In this document: positions 10,227-21,712 of the stretch, piece by piece
How positions within the stretch are numbered: the stretch's first letter is position 1
Layout of the letters: every line of letters starts with the position of its first letter
Source of the DNA: Marivita sp.
GTDB taxonomy: Bacteria > Pseudomonadota > Alphaproteobacteria > Rhodobacterales > Rhodobacteraceae
DNA: 64,000 nt
NCBI GenBank assembly: GCA_041685125.1
Contig: JAWLGI010000008.1
Coordinates: forward strand, 3,415 to 67,414
Reading direction: 5' to 3'
The notes under the pieces: generated by a model
What the model was told of the DNA's origin: nothing
The model's input: the letters and a program-made list of their open reading frames with translations, nothing else
Database searches by the model: none
Position numbers and translations under genes: made by a program

Positions 10227-10919
10227 GTGTTGACCATTGCGCTCACCTCGATCCCGCCTCGGTTCGGCACGCTGGCCAACGTGACGCAGCGCTTGTTGGG
10301 GCAAACCGTTCCGGCGCGTGTGGTCGTGTCGATCCCCCGACGATATCGTCGGTTCCCCGGTGCCGTGCCGGACCCGGATTTGCCACCGGGCGCGATCCTG
10401 CGCCGGACGTCCGAGGATTACGGCCCGGCGACCAAGCTCTTGGGTGTTCTGGAGGATCCCGAGGTCAACGACATCCTGTATTGCGACGATGACTGGTCTT
10501 ACGCGCCGACCTGGGCCGAAACCCTGACCGCGGCCCGGACCGCCTCCGATACGGCGGTGGCTGCATCAACATTCCCGGTGTCGCGCATCAGGCGCACCGC
10601 ACAGCCCGGGTTGGACCAGGTGGCACAGGGGTTTGCAGGCGTTCTGGTCAATCGCGACATGTTTCAACCCGATATATTCCATCTGCCAGACGCCGCCTTT
10701 GCAACGGACGACATATGGCTGTCCGGATACATGGCGGCGCGCAATATCCCGGTCGTGCAGGCCCCGAGGGCCCGGGCGCTCTGTGCGCCTGTCACGGTCG
10801 AAGGTCCGCAACTGCAAGACAGTCAGGTGAGGGGCGCGTCGCGCGCCGAGGCGAATATTGCATGCGCCGATGCCCTGACACGCCTATTCGGGATTTGGCC
10901 GGCAGCCGATACCGTTTGA
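10227..10919 (+). CDS. Putative GT-A fold (GT2-like) glycosyltransferase
   Basis: IALTSIPPRF, DYGPATKL, YCDDD (DxD) and DDIWLSG motifs. Confidence 0.7.
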   Translation: MLTIALTSIPPRFGTLANVTQRLLGQTVPARVVVSIPRRYRRFPGAVPDPDLPPGAILRRTSEDYGPATKLLGVLEDPEVNDILYCDDDWSYAPTWAETLTAARTASDTAVAASTFPVSRIRRTAQPGLDQVAQGFAGVLVNRDMFQPDIFHLPDAAFATDDIWLSGYMAARNIPVVQAPRARALCAPVTVEGPQLQDSQVRGASRAEANIACADALTRLFGIWPAADTV

Positions 10920-10981
10920 TCTCAGCGCGTGCCGGCCGGTGCGGTCCAGCGGGAGGTGTCTTCCACCATGCCCGCAAAACA

Positions 10982-11009
10982 CCAAAGGCGCGGAGCCCCG
11001 CGCCTTTGG
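10982..11009. terminator. Hairpin between convergent genes
   Basis: CCAAAGGCGCGG/CCGCGCCTTTGG 12-bp inverted repeat. Confidence 0.6.
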
Positions 11010-11014
11010 CAGTG

Positions 11015-11242
11015 TCAGTGCACCGTCACCGGTGCGAAATCATTCTCGCGGGCCAGCATGAAGGCCAGCTTTCTGTCCTTGACGAGGGCGAGGCGCTCAC
11101 CATCGGCGCGATGCACCGCGTAGATCGTTTCCTCGTTGCCCAGCTCGTCCTGCACATCTTCGGGCAAGTCAGCCACGGCAACCGGGCGGACATAGACGAG
11201 GTTGGACTGATCTTCATCTTTGAAGTTGAACGGCGTATTCAT
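11015..11242 (-). CDS. DUF1150 family protein
   Basis: VYVRPVAVADLP...IYAVHRADGERLALVKDR...PVTVH; typical partner downstream of hsp20. Confidence 0.85.
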   Translation of the reverse strand: MNTPFNFKDEDQSNLVYVRPVAVADLPEDVQDELGNEETIYAVHRADGERLALVKDRKLAFMLARENDFAPVTVH

Positions 11243-11245
11243 GGT

Positions 11246-11659
11246 CTATCCCTTCTTGATCTGGATTGTCTGAACCACGGTCTCCGGTCGCTGCAGTGTC
11301 AGGTCGACATGCAGCAGCCCGTTTTCCATGACGGCCTCTCCAACCTCGACACCATCAGCGAGGACAAAACTCCGCTGAAACTGCCGCGCGGCGATCCCGC
11401 GATGCAGGAATACACGGTCGGCGGTCTCGTCCTCTTGCCGCCCACGGATAACCAGTTGTCTGTCTTCAACGGTGATGCCGAGATCTTGTTCCCGAAAACC
11501 GGCAACGGCCAGCGTGATGCGGTATGATCCGTCTGAGGTCTGTTCAATATTGAAAGGCGGGTAGCCTTCGCTGCCGGATTTCGCGGTGCGTTCCAGCAAA
11601 CGCTCGAGTTGTTCGAACCCAAGCAGATGGGGATAGGATCCCAATGTCAATTTCGTCAT
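11246..11659 (-). CDS. Small heat shock protein, Hsp20/IbpA family
   Basis: YPPFNIEQ, YRITLAVAGF, LHRGIAARQFQRSFVLA, ENGLLHVDL. Confidence 0.95.
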   Translation of the reverse strand: MTKLTLGSYPHLLGFEQLERLLERTAKSGSEGYPPFNIEQTSDGSYRITLAVAGFREQDLGITVEDRQLVIRGRQEDETADRVFLHRGIAARQFQRSFVLADGVEVGEAVMENGLLHVDLTLQRPETVVQTIQIKKG

Positions 11660-11661
11660 CG

Positions 11662-11689
11662 ACACGTCCTTTTCGTAAAGCGACTGTGT
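11662..11689 (-). ncRNA. ROSE-type RNA thermometer hairpin in hsp20 5' UTR
   Basis: mRNA ACAC-A-GUC-G-CUUU-ACGA-AAAG-GAC-GUGU: UCGCU motif pairs with the SD (AAGGA) leaving a bulged G. Confidence 0.8.
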
Positions 11690-11723
11690 AGGGCGGCCCC
11701 GTTTTGGCGACCGATACTTCGGA

Positions 11724-11752
11724 ATATGGGGGGGCGACCGGCAAGACGCAAG
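11724..11752 (-). promoter_or_regulatory. RpoH-type promoter for hsp20
   Basis: Minus strand CTTG-N18-CCCATAT. Confidence 0.6.
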
Positions 11753-11820
11753 GGCTTTGCGAAATGGCGGAATAACGCTATTCTTCGGGTCCCGGTTATA
11801 TCCAAGGATTGTCTGACGTC

Positions 11821-12045
11821 ATGAATGCCCATAACGATCTGTCGATGAAAACCGATGACGTGCTGCGCGTGGAGCTTGAAGTGTTCCGCCGCGAACATCG
11901 GGATCTTGACGAGGCGATACGCGCGATGCAGGCCACCGGCACCGCTGATCAATTGACGCTCCAACGGCTCAAGAAGAAGAAACTGGTGCTCAAGGACAAG
12001 ATCGCGCAGATCGAAGACCGCCTGTTGCCCGATATCATCGCCTGA
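11821..12045 (+). CDS. YdcH/DUF465 family protein
   Basis: EHRDLDEAI...LQRLKKKKLVLKDKI...PDIIA. Confidence 0.88.
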   Translation: MNAHNDLSMKTDDVLRVELEVFRREHRDLDEAIRAMQATGTADQLTLQRLKKKKLVLKDKIAQIEDRLLPDIIA

Positions 12046-12126
12046 ACCGCGATTGTCGGCGCGAGTTGCCCCGCGTTTCGATCCGGCTATAGTGCGCGCT
12101 CCAATTCCTGAAGGGGCCAATGCACC

Positions 12127-12621
12127 ATGCCGGAACCGATCAAAGTAGGCATCATCATGGGATCGCAATCCGATTGGCCCACGATGAAAGAGGCCGCGGA
12201 CATGCTGGACCGGCTGGGAGTCGCCTATGAGGCAAAGATCGTGTCGGCCCATCGGACGCCGGATCGGCTCTGGGAGTACGGGAAGACAGCCGTCGATCGA
12301 GGATTGCACGTGATCATCGCGGGCGCTGGCGGTGCGGCGCATCTTCCGGGCATGATGGCGTCCAAGACGCGGCTGCCGGTGATCGGCGTTCCGGTGCAGA
12401 CGCGCGCCCTGTCGGGCGTTGACTCCCTGTATTCGATCTTGCAGATGCCGCGCGGCTTTCCGGTGGCGACCATGGCCATCGGTGCGGCAGGTGCGGCCAA
12501 TGCGGGTCTGATGGCAGCCGGACTCCTGGCGCTGCATGATCCCGACCTGGCCACACGGCTGGACACGTGGCGCGCTGATTTGTCGGCATCGATACCCGAC
12601 GCCCCCTCTGACGACGGATAA
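12127..12621 (+). CDS. purE: N5-CAIR mutase
   Basis: [35 protein letters not shown]. Confidence 0.98.
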   Translation: MPEPIKVGIIMGSQSDWPTMKEAADMLDRLGVAYEAKIVSAHRTPDRLWEYGKTAVDRGLHVIIAGAGGAAHLPGMMASKTRLPVIGVPVQTRALSGVDSLYSILQMPRGFPVATMAIGAAGAANAGLMAAGLLALHDPDLATRLDTWRADLSASIPDAPSDDG

Positions 12622-12626
12622 TACGC

Positions 12627-13697
12627 ATGACCCTTCCGCTTCCCATCGGATCAACCATCGGCATCATCGGCGGCGGTCAACTCGGCCGCATGTTGTCGGT
12701 CGCGGCCAGTCGGCTCGGCTTTCGCTGCCATGTTTTTGAACCGGGGGCGCGGTGCCCGGCGGGACAGGTGGCGGATCAGGTGACAACGGCGCCTTACGAC
12801 GACGCCGATGCGCTGCGCGCCTTTGGGCGCGCTGTCGATATCATCACATACGAGTTCGAGAATATCCCGACCGACGCGCTGGACCTGTTGCAGGACCTGG
12901 CCCCGATCCACCCGGGGCGCGAGGCGTTGCGGGTGAGCCAGGACCGGCTGACCGAAAAGATGTTCCTTCAGGATCTGGGTCTCGAGACCGCGCCCTTTGC
13001 CGATATCACCGACGCCGGCTCTCTGGAGACCGCGATTGCGCGGATCGGCACGCCGTCGATCCTGAAAACCCGCCGGTTCGGATATGACGGGAAAGGACAG
13101 GTCCGGATCACCGACCCTGCGACCGCGGCACAGGCGCTCGAAGACATGCAGGGCGCTCCTGCGATCCTTGAAGGCTTCGTCGACTTCTCGCACGAGGTGT
13201 CCGTGATCGCCGCGCGCAGCCTGGATGGCGCGGTTGCGGCGTTCGATCCGGGCGAGAACCTGCACGAGGACGGCATCCTGCGCAGCACGACCGTCCCTGC
13301 CCGGCTGAGCCACGCGCAGCAAACCGATGCGGTTCTGCTGGCCGCGAAGATCGCCAATGGGCTGAACCATGTCGGAGTTCTGGGTGTCGAGCTTTTCGTG
13401 ACGCCCGGCGGCCTGATCGTGAACGAGATCGCGCCGCGCGTGCATAATTCCGGGCATTGGACGCAGAATGGCTGCGCAGTCGACCAGTTCGAACAGCATA
13501 TCCGTGCGATCACAAGCTGGCCGCTCGGGGATGGGCAACGGCACACTGACGTGGTGATGGAGAACCTGATCGGCGACGACATGGACCGGGTGCAGGTTCT
13601 GGCCCGGACGCCCGACTGCGCGCTGCATCTATACGGCAAGGCCGACTCAAAGCCCGGACGCAAGATGGGCCATGTGAATTTCGTCAAGCGGCCCTGA
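12627..13697 (+). CDS. purK: N5-CAIR synthetase
   Basis: GGGQLGRM, TYEFEN, GYDGKGQ, NEIAPRVHNSGHWT, RKMGH. Confidence 0.98.
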   Translation: MTLPLPIGSTIGIIGGGQLGRMLSVAASRLGFRCHVFEPGARCPAGQVADQVTTAPYDDADALRAFGRAVDIITYEFENIPTDALDLLQDLAPIHPGREALRVSQDRLTEKMFLQDLGLETAPFADITDAGSLETAIARIGTPSILKTRRFGYDGKGQVRITDPATAAQALEDMQGAPAILEGFVDFSHEVSVIAARSLDGAVAAFDPGENLHEDGILRSTTVPARLSHAQQTDAVLLAAKIANGLNHVGVLGVELFVTPGGLIVNEIAPRVHNSGHWTQNGCAVDQFEQHIRAITSWPLGDGQRHTDVVMENLIGDDMDRVQVLARTPDCALHLYGKADSKPGRKMGHVNFVKRP

Positions 13698-13748
13698 TCT
13701 TCTCCGGTTTCAAAATATCCCGGGGAGTTTGAGGGGCCGGCCCCTCAA
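13698..13748. repeat. Intergenic repeat (CTTCT..TTTCAAAATATCCCGGGG plus hairpin)
   Basis: Pyrimidine-rich head shared with 27648-27671; TTGAGGGG/CCCCTCAA hairpin whose arm contains the phnM stop. Confidence 0.45.
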
Positions 13749-14893
13749 TCCCTCAAGAACCGCTCGGCCACCGGCCCGGTCAGATGCGCGACCGTGCCAC
13801 CGGCGATCGTCGCCACCACGCGGCGTGTGTCGGGCTCAAGCACAATCAGATCGGCGCGATTGCCGGGCGCCAAGGTGCCGCGATCCGTCAGGCCCAGCAG
13901 CGCGGCCGGCCCGGAAGAGACCATCGACCACGCGGTCGGGACATCGCACAAGCCAAGCTCATCGAGCCGGAGCGCGGCGCGCAGGGGCGAGGGGTAGTGA
14001 TAATCGGATGCCAGCGCATCGCACAGGCCGGCCGCAACAAGGTCGGCAGCAGCGATGTTGCCCGCATGGCTGGCCCCGCGCACAATGTTGGGCGCGCCCA
14101 GCACGATATGGGCACCATCGGCGCGCGCGGCTGTTGCGGCCACCAGCGTTTCGGGAAATTCGCTGACCCATGCTCCGCGTCCGGCCCAAAGCGCGCGGTC
14201 TTCTTGCGTGCGGTCGTCATGGCTGCCGATGACCACACCGCGCGCCACCAGGCGGGCGCACAGCGCGTCCAGTGCCGCTGGGACCTCGGGGGACCGGGCG
14301 TGCAGATCCTGCATCAGGGCCAGATGCGCCTCGGGGCTGCGCCCGCTCTTGAGGGCTTGCCCCGTCAGGCGGGGTGGCTTTCGCCCCTCGGACAGGCGCT
14401 GATGCGGGAGGTGGTCGTTGAACACGACATAGTCGATCCCGAAGCGGTCGATCGCCGCCTCCGCGCGGCCAAACGCATCGATCAGGTGGGTCTCAAGCCG
14501 CAATTGCAAGCGCAGGTCGATGGGCACCGTTGGCCGTATCGCGCTGACATGGCCAAAGACATGTTCGGCAAAATCAGGACCGCGCATGCCGCCTTCCCAG
14601 GAAAAGAACTGCGCCAGGACGGCGGTCGTGATGCCGTTGGCGGCAAGCTCGGACGCGGCGGCGATCACGCCATGCTCCGCCTCTCGCAGGGCGCCCCGGC
14701 GCGGCGCCATGTGCCGCTCGAAGCCGTCACCATGCGGATCGACGATACCGGGCAGGATCCAGTAGCCCGACAGCTCCACCTCCCGCGGGGCGGGTGCGTC
14801 GGTGACCAGACCGCCCTCGATCGACAGGGGCGCGTCGGACCAGCCATCGGACCCGAGCGTCGACGCCCCGACAAAGGTGCACGCCAGCGTCAT
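13745..14893 (-). CDS. phnM: PhnM-like amidohydrolase (alpha-D-ribose 1-methylphosphonate 5-triphosphate diphosphatase family)
   Basis: PGIVDPHGDGFERH, FNDHL, GSHDD, SEFPET, GAPNIVRGASH, LASDY, GNRADL. Confidence 0.85.
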   Translation of the reverse strand: MTLACTFVGASTLGSDGWSDAPLSIEGGLVTDAPAPREVELSGYWILPGIVDPHGDGFERHMAPRRGALREAEHGVIAAASELAANGITTAVLAQFFSWEGGMRGPDFAEHVFGHVSAIRPTVPIDLRLQLRLETHLIDAFGRAEAAIDRFGIDYVVFNDHLPHQRLSEGRKPPRLTGQALKSGRSPEAHLALMQDLHARSPEVPAALDALCARLVARGVVIGSHDDRTQEDRALWAGRGAWVSEFPETLVAATAARADGAHIVLGAPNIVRGASHAGNIAAADLVAAGLCDALASDYHYPSPLRAALRLDELGLCDVPTAWSMVSSGPAALLGLTDRGTLAPGNRADLIVLEPDTRRVVATIAGGTVAHLTGPVAERFLRD

Positions 14894-14897
14894 GGCG

Positions 14898-15662
14898 TCA
14901 CTCCGGACACAGGCCAAGAATACACGCGACCTCCGCGGAATTGACCGTCTCGGTCCAGTCCAGTTCGGGATCGAACCGACCGGTCCGCAGGAACAGGTCA
15001 ACCTGCGCGATCACCGACGGGGCCTGCATGATGAAGGTATGCGTGACGGGCATCGTCAGATGCGCGCGCATGCCCTTGACCTTGGTCGAAGCGACCGACA
15101 CCTTGCCGTCATCCGGACCCGGGATCATGTTCGAGAAGATCAGGTTGAGCGACCGCGTGCCCGCGATCACACCCAGCTCGAAATCCACCGGCGGCAACGA
15201 TCTTGGAAGGTCGCTTGCCGAGGTGCCCAGTTGCAGGCCGGCGGGACCGTTGAGCCATGCAAACAGCTCAAGCCCCTCCAGCTCATCCACAAGTTCGCTG
15301 CCCTGGTTCGGCGGCGCCAGCATGACCACGCGGCCCAGGCTGTCGGGCCGGTTGTCCCGAAGCCAGAAGCGCAGGAGGATGCCACCCATGGAATGGGTCA
15401 CGAAATGGACGCGGTCCTCGCCGCAATCGGCCACGGCCTGCGGCAGGGTTTCATCGACCAGCGTCTGAATGCGCGCGCTGGTCGAGCGATATCCCGGCGC
15501 CTTGACCGTGTATCCCTTCGCCTCGAGCACCGATTGCATCAGCGCGAACGAGGTTTCGGTTCGTGCCAGACCGTGCAGCAGGATGACGCAATCGGCCCGC
15601 GCCTGCCCGGCGGGAAGGCTGCTGGCAGCAGCGGCGAGAACGAACAGGAGGATACGGATCAT
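14898..15662 (-). CDS. Secreted alpha/beta hydrolase (esterase/lipase family)
   Basis: Signal peptide; VILLHGL, THSMGG, DDGKV and VTHTF catalytic motifs. Confidence 0.88.
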   Translation of the reverse strand: MIRILLFVLAAAASSLPAGQARADCVILLHGLARTETSFALMQSVLEAKGYTVKAPGYRSTSARIQTLVDETLPQAVADCGEDRVHFVTHSMGGILLRFWLRDNRPDSLGRVVMLAPPNQGSELVDELEGLELFAWLNGPAGLQLGTSASDLPRSLPPVDFELGVIAGTRSLNLIFSNMIPGPDDGKVSVASTKVKGMRAHLTMPVTHTFIMQAPSVIAQVDLFLRTGRFDPELDWTETVNSAEVACILGLCPE

Positions 15663-15709
15663 GGCTGTCAGATACGCCTTGACTGCACCAATAGGAAGGG
15701 GTCCAGACC

Positions 15710-16564
15710 CTAGCGGCGCGACGTCACGGTCAGAAGCACACCCCCCAGCACCAGGGCCGCCGAGATCAGCAGCCGGGATGTGATCTGTTCGGACAAGAAC
15801 AGCGATCCCCCCATGATCGCGATCACCGGAACCGTCAACTGGGTCACGGCTGCCGTGGTTCCGCGCAGCTGCGGCAGGACCGTGTACCACAGCGCGTATC
15901 CCAGCCCCGAGGTGACGGCCCCCGCAAGAACCGCCATCGACAGGCCAAACGCCGTTGCTCCGGCCAGATCCAGCCTGTCCGAGACGGCACTGGTCGCCAG
16001 CGCACCGGCGACGGCAATGGCAGCCGTTACGCAAAAATTTGCAGCCGTTGCGCCAAGCGCGTCGGAGGCGCCGCGCCCGCCGATGGAATAGACCCCCCAG
16101 GCGATCCCGGCGAGGGCCATCATCCCCGCATGCCACAGGCTCGGCGTGGCGGCGTGACCCGGCCAGAGCAGCCAGACCAGGCCTGCAAATGCCACGCCGG
16201 CCCCGAGCCAGCGGCGCAAGGCGGGGCGCTCCCCCCGGATCAGCGCCTCGGTGAACATGGTGATCTGCACCAGTCCGAACAGGATCAAGGCGCCCAGACC
16301 GGCATCAAGGCTTTCATAGGCCAATGAAAAGCCGAAGATGTAGACAAACAGCGACGTCACCCCAACCGCGCGTCCCTTGCCGCCAAGCACGAGGCGGCGG
16401 TCGCGCAACAGCACCAACGCGGCCAGCATGACCGCCCCGGCACAAAGCCGGACGACACCAAAGCTCAGCGCGTCGATATCACCGTCCGACAGCGCGAGCC
16501 GGTTCAGGATCGAGTTCGCCGCGAAGGCCACCATGGTCAGGCAGGTGAGCAGAACGATCTTCAT
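15710..16564 (-). CDS. DMT/EamA family transporter
   Basis: About 10 TM helices; [19 protein letters not shown]. Confidence 0.88.
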   Translation of the reverse strand: MKIVLLTCLTMVAFAANSILNRLALSDGDIDALSFGVVRLCAGAVMLAALVLLRDRRLVLGGKGRAVGVTSLFVYIFGFSLAYESLDAGLGALILFGLVQITMFTEALIRGERPALRRWLGAGVAFAGLVWLLWPGHAATPSLWHAGMMALAGIAWGVYSIGGRGASDALGATAANFCVTAAIAVAGALATSAVSDRLDLAGATAFGLSMAVLAGAVTSGLGYALWYTVLPQLRGTTAAVTQLTVPVIAIMGGSLFLSEQITSRLLISAALVLGGVLLTVTSRR

Positions 16565-16651
16565 GCGTGTGCGTAGCGCGCCGGCTCTGACAAGACCAGA
16601 TGCCTTTTGCCGGTTTTGCCTGCGCCCTCGCGCGCAAGGTCGCGAGGCCCG

Positions 16652-16684
16652 AAAACGAACAAAGGCACCCGAAGGTGCCTTTGT
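16652..16684 (-). terminator. groEL terminator
   Basis: AAAGGCAC stem with CTTCGG loop and T-rich tail on the minus strand. Confidence 0.75.
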
Positions 16685-16735
16685 CCCGCCCGGGGGGCGT
16701 TTGCGTTCGCGTGTCCCGAAGGACAGCGGATGATC

Positions 16736-18400
<1,665 letters not shown>

Positions 18401-18436
18401 TTAGTCAGAGTTTGCGTTCGCGATCACAACGGGCGT

Positions 18437-18748
18437 TCAGGCAGCTTTCGCTTCCGCGTCGTCCGAAATGATGCCGAGGATGTCCATCTCCTTCATGATG
18501 AGGAGTTCTTCGCCATTGACTGTCACCTCGGTGCCAGACCATTTGCCAAACAGGACCTTGTCGCCTTCTGCAACGGCCATCTCGATCAGCTCGCCACTAT
18601 CCTTGCGCGCGCCATCGCCACACGCAACAACCACGCCTTCTGCGGGCTTTTCCTTGGCGCTATCGGGAATGATCAGGCCACCAGCAGTTTTATCGTCGCT
18701 CTCAACGCGACGGACCAGCACGCGGTCATGAAGCGGTTTAAATGCCAT
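18437..18748 (-). CDS. groS: Co-chaperonin GroES
   Basis: [23 protein letters not shown]. Confidence 0.99.
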   Translation of the reverse strand: MAFKPLHDRVLVRRVESDDKTAGGLIIPDSAKEKPAEGVVVACGDGARKDSGELIEMAVAEGDKVLFGKWSGTEVTVNGEELLIMKEMDILGIISDDAEAKAA

Positions 18749-18804
18749 CTTCGAGTCTCCTTACTCAAAGGTTTCCACCAGGCCCCCCGCGTTTCGAGGG
18801 GCCG

Positions 18805-18831
18805 TTATCACTCACCGTAGTCGAGTGATAA
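18805..18831. promoter_or_regulatory. CIRCE element (HrcA operator), variant
   Basis: TTATCACTC-N9-GAGTGATAA versus canonical TTAGCACTC-N9-GAGTGCTAA, upstream of groES. Confidence 0.85.
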
Positions 18832-18839
18832 CATCGCGT

Positions 18840-18867
18840 AGTTAGGGAGGCTTGCGCGACGAGTCAA
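18840..18867 (-). promoter_or_regulatory. RpoH-type groESL promoter
   Basis: Minus strand TTG-N18-CCTAACT just upstream of CIRCE. Confidence 0.55.
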
Positions 18868-18918
18868 CAGTATTGTCATCGAAATTTGACCCGGCTCACC
18901 AAGGCCGCACCCTGTGCT

Positions 18919-19683
18919 TCAATAGCTGGGGGTCCGCTCGGCCCAGCCGGCGAAAATCTTTTCAAGCGCGACCACCACATAGTAAAGCAGGATGCCCATC
19001 AGGGCGAGCGCGATCAGCACCGCGAACATCAGCGGATAATCCGAATTCGTCTTGCCGGAATCGAACAGCGCTCCGAGCCCACGCCCGTGCGGCGAGACGA
19101 TTTCCATCAGGTTGGTCCCGATAAACGCAAGCGTCACGGCCACTTTCAGCGCCCCGAAGAATTCCGGCAATGTCTTGGGAAGCGCGATCTTCCAGAAGAT
19201 CGTGGTCTGGGACGCACCCAGCGACCTCAGAATGTCGCGATATTCCGGCTCCAATGTGCTCAGCCCGATGGAGACGGACACGGCGATGGGAAAGAACGAG
19301 ATCATGAAGGCGATCAGGATCGTGTTGAAATTGTGCTCACCGACAAAAAGCAGCGCCACGATGGGGACCACGGTGGCCTTCGGGATCGCGTTGAAGCCGA
19401 CAAGAAGCGGATAGAGCGCATCGCGCATCAGTTTGGAGAACCCCATGACCATGCCGAGAAGAACGCCGAACACGATCGCAAGGACCAGCCCGACCACCGT
19501 GCGCCACAGCGTCTGCCACCCCATGACAAGGAAAAGCTCCCAATATTGGGCATAGGCCGGCGGCAGGTCAGACGGAGAGGCCATCACGTAGTCGGGCCAG
19601 CCGTTTGCCCAGACAAGCATTTCCCAGAACAATCCGAAGATGACAATCGCCGCCATTGGCACGAGGATTTGGCGCAGCTTCAT
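18919..19683 (-). CDS. NitT/TauT-type ABC transporter permease
   Basis: TM helices; FNAIPK, EAA-like loop LRSLGASQTTIFWKIALP. Confidence 0.92.
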   Translation of the reverse strand: MKLRQILVPMAAIVIFGLFWEMLVWANGWPDYVMASPSDLPPAYAQYWELFLVMGWQTLWRTVVGLVLAIVFGVLLGMVMGFSKLMRDALYPLLVGFNAIPKATVVPIVALLFVGEHNFNTILIAFMISFFPIAVSVSIGLSTLEPEYRDILRSLGASQTTIFWKIALPKTLPEFFGALKVAVTLAFIGTNLMEIVSPHGRGLGALFDSGKTNSDYPLMFAVLIALALMGILLYYVVVALEKIFAGWAERTPSY

Positions 19684-20480
19684 GATGCCGCCTCTTCAAC
19701 ACCGCTGCGCCCCTGCGCGATCTGGATCTGGCGGCGAAGGATGTTCAGCGCCTCGGCCGACTCGCTGGTATAGAGCTGTTCGATATCGCGCTCTCCGGTC
19801 AGGTGCACATCCATCACATACTGCGTGCGCGCCGGCCGGCCGGACAGCACGACAACCTGGTCGGCAAGAAAGATCGACTCGCGCAGGTCATGCGTGATGA
19901 GAACACCAGTGAACGGTTCTTCCGATTTCACCTTGTGCATTGTTTGCCACAGATCTTCGCGGGTGAACGCATCCAACGCGCCGAACGGTTCGTCGAGGAT
20001 CAGCACCTCGGGTTGGTGAACAATCGACCGACACAGCGACGCGCGCTGGCGCATACCGCCGGACAGCTCGCTTGGGCGTTTGTCCTCGAACCCCTCAAGC
20101 CCGACCAGGGACAGCAGTTTGCGCGCGCGGTCTTCCTTTTGTGTTTTCGACATCTTGGTCGGGACAATCTCAAGCGGCAGAATGACGTTCTGCAGGATGG
20201 TGCGCCATTCAAGCAGGACCGGGTTCTGAAACGCCATGCCGACGGTCGATTTCGGCCCCCTGACCAGCTCGCCATGCAACCAGACCTCGCCGGCGTCGGG
20301 TTTCATCAATCCCGCCACAAGCCGTGTCAGCGTGGATTTCCCGCATCCCGACGGCCCGACAACAGCCGCAAATCCGCCCTCGGGGACCTTGAGCTCCAGC
20401 CCGTCGAGGACGGGAAGAGGCCCGTCCTTGGTTTGATAGGCGTGTCGGACACCCCTGATTTCGATGAGATTTTCAGACAC
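19680..20480 (-). CDS. NitT/TauT-type ABC transporter ATP-binding protein
   Basis: GPSGCGKST, LSGGMRQR, LILDEPFGALD, ITHD. Confidence 0.95.
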   Translation of the reverse strand: MSENLIEIRGVRHAYQTKDGPLPVLDGLELKVPEGGFAAVVGPSGCGKSTLTRLVAGLMKPDAGEVWLHGELVRGPKSTVGMAFQNPVLLEWRTILQNVILPLEIVPTKMSKTQKEDRARKLLSLVGLEGFEDKRPSELSGGMRQRASLCRSIVHQPEVLILDEPFGALDAFTREDLWQTMHKVKSEEPFTGVLITHDLRESIFLADQVVVLSGRPARTQYVMDVHLTGERDIEQLYTSESAEALNILRRQIQIAQGRSGVEEAAS

Positions 20481-20535
20481 GCAGATGGCCTTTGTCTTGT
20501 AGGCTGCCCGGACATGCCCGGACAGCCCGGGATGG

Positions 20536-21543
20536 TTACTTCAGCATCCGCGCCGACGCGTCGGGAAGGTAGGCATCGGTGAAATAGAGGCTTGCATCGG
20601 GTTCGTTCTGAAACTCGTAGGTTTCGGCAAGCTGCTCGAGCGCCTTTTCCATGCGGTCCGCTTCGATTCCGCCGATGCCGTTTTCCATCGCGTAATCCGT
20701 GGCGACATTGGCCTCGATGGACAATTCCAGACGACGCTGCTCCAGATCAGCGTCCGCCGCAGGGTTGCGTTCAACAAGGCTTTCGATGGCAGAGGCCGGA
20801 TCGGCAATCGCGTCTCTCCACCCCGCAGCAACGGCTTCAAGAAAACCTGTGATCAGCTCGGGATTGTCGGCAGCGAAATTGGTGTTCACGATGATCGCGT
20901 TGCCATAGAGCGCCAATCCGTGATCCGCCATCAGGATGGTCGAGATATCGTCCTCCGGCACGCCAAGACGCACGAGGTTCAAGTAAGACGAGAAGGAAAA
21001 ACCGGTCACGGCGTCCACGTTGCCTTCGGCCAGCATCGGCTCGCGGGTGGGAAAGCCGACCGGCTCGACCGTGATCGCATCGACATCCAGATCATTGGCC
21101 GTGGCGAAGGCCGGAAACTGTGCCCACGCGCCATCGGGCGGTGGCGCGCCCAGAACCTTGCCTTCGAGATCCTTGGGCATTTCAACACCAAGGGATTTCC
21201 GGCCCACGATGGCAAACGGGGGCTTGTCGTAGATCATCATCGCCGCCGTGACCGGGGCGCCCGGATTCTGGTCGAGGAACTTGATGAGCGAGTTGATATC
21301 GGCAAAGCCCACCGGAAACGCGCCTGTCGCGACTTTCGGGATCGCGTCGAGCGAACCTTGACCGGCGGATATCTCGACGTCGAGGCCCGCCTCGTCGAAA
21401 TACCCGTTGTCGATCGCGGCGAAGTATGGCGCGGCCGGCCCTTCGAATTTCCAGTCCAGCGCAAAGGGGAAATCGGCTTGGGCAAAGGCAGCGCCCGCCA
21501 TGCTCAGAGTTGCGGCCACTGCCGCGAGTGTGTGCTTCAACAT
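20536..21543 (-). CDS. NMT1/THI5-like ABC substrate-binding protein
   Basis: Signal peptide; LDWKFEG, GYFDEAGLDV, LYGNAI; ATG at 21543 with SD GGAG. Confidence 0.88.
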   Translation of the reverse strand: MLKHTLAAVAATLSMAGAAFAQADFPFALDWKFEGPAAPYFAAIDNGYFDEAGLDVEISAGQGSLDAIPKVATGAFPVGFADINSLIKFLDQNPGAPVTAAMMIYDKPPFAIVGRKSLGVEMPKDLEGKVLGAPPPDGAWAQFPAFATANDLDVDAITVEPVGFPTREPMLAEGNVDAVTGFSFSSYLNLVRLGVPEDDISTILMADHGLALYGNAIIVNTNFAADNPELITGFLEAVAAGWRDAIADPASAIESLVERNPAADADLEQRRLELSIEANVATDYAMENGIGGIEADRMEKALEQLAETYEFQNEPDASLYFTDAYLPDASARMLK

Positions 21544-21712
21544 AAGGAGACTCTCCAGGTTTTGTCGGGGCAAGCTGTGCGATCCCTGCGCAAAACGGAA
21601 TGCCAGCGCGGAGTTCAGTTGCCCGCCACAGCCGCTTCACGCCCCCTCTGCACAATAATTAATCAAATGCCGGGCATTTACGCAAGGTTCATCTCCACCG
21701 AGGGTCCCAACC

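Noticed and set aside
21589-21605. Sigma-54-like TGGCA...TTGC upstream of the ABC binding protein
   Set aside because: GG-to-GC spacing is 11 nt rather than the required 10
21544-21712. TPP riboswitch expected for a THI5-like transporter
   Set aside because: No CTGAGA or AGCG-AGGGA core visible
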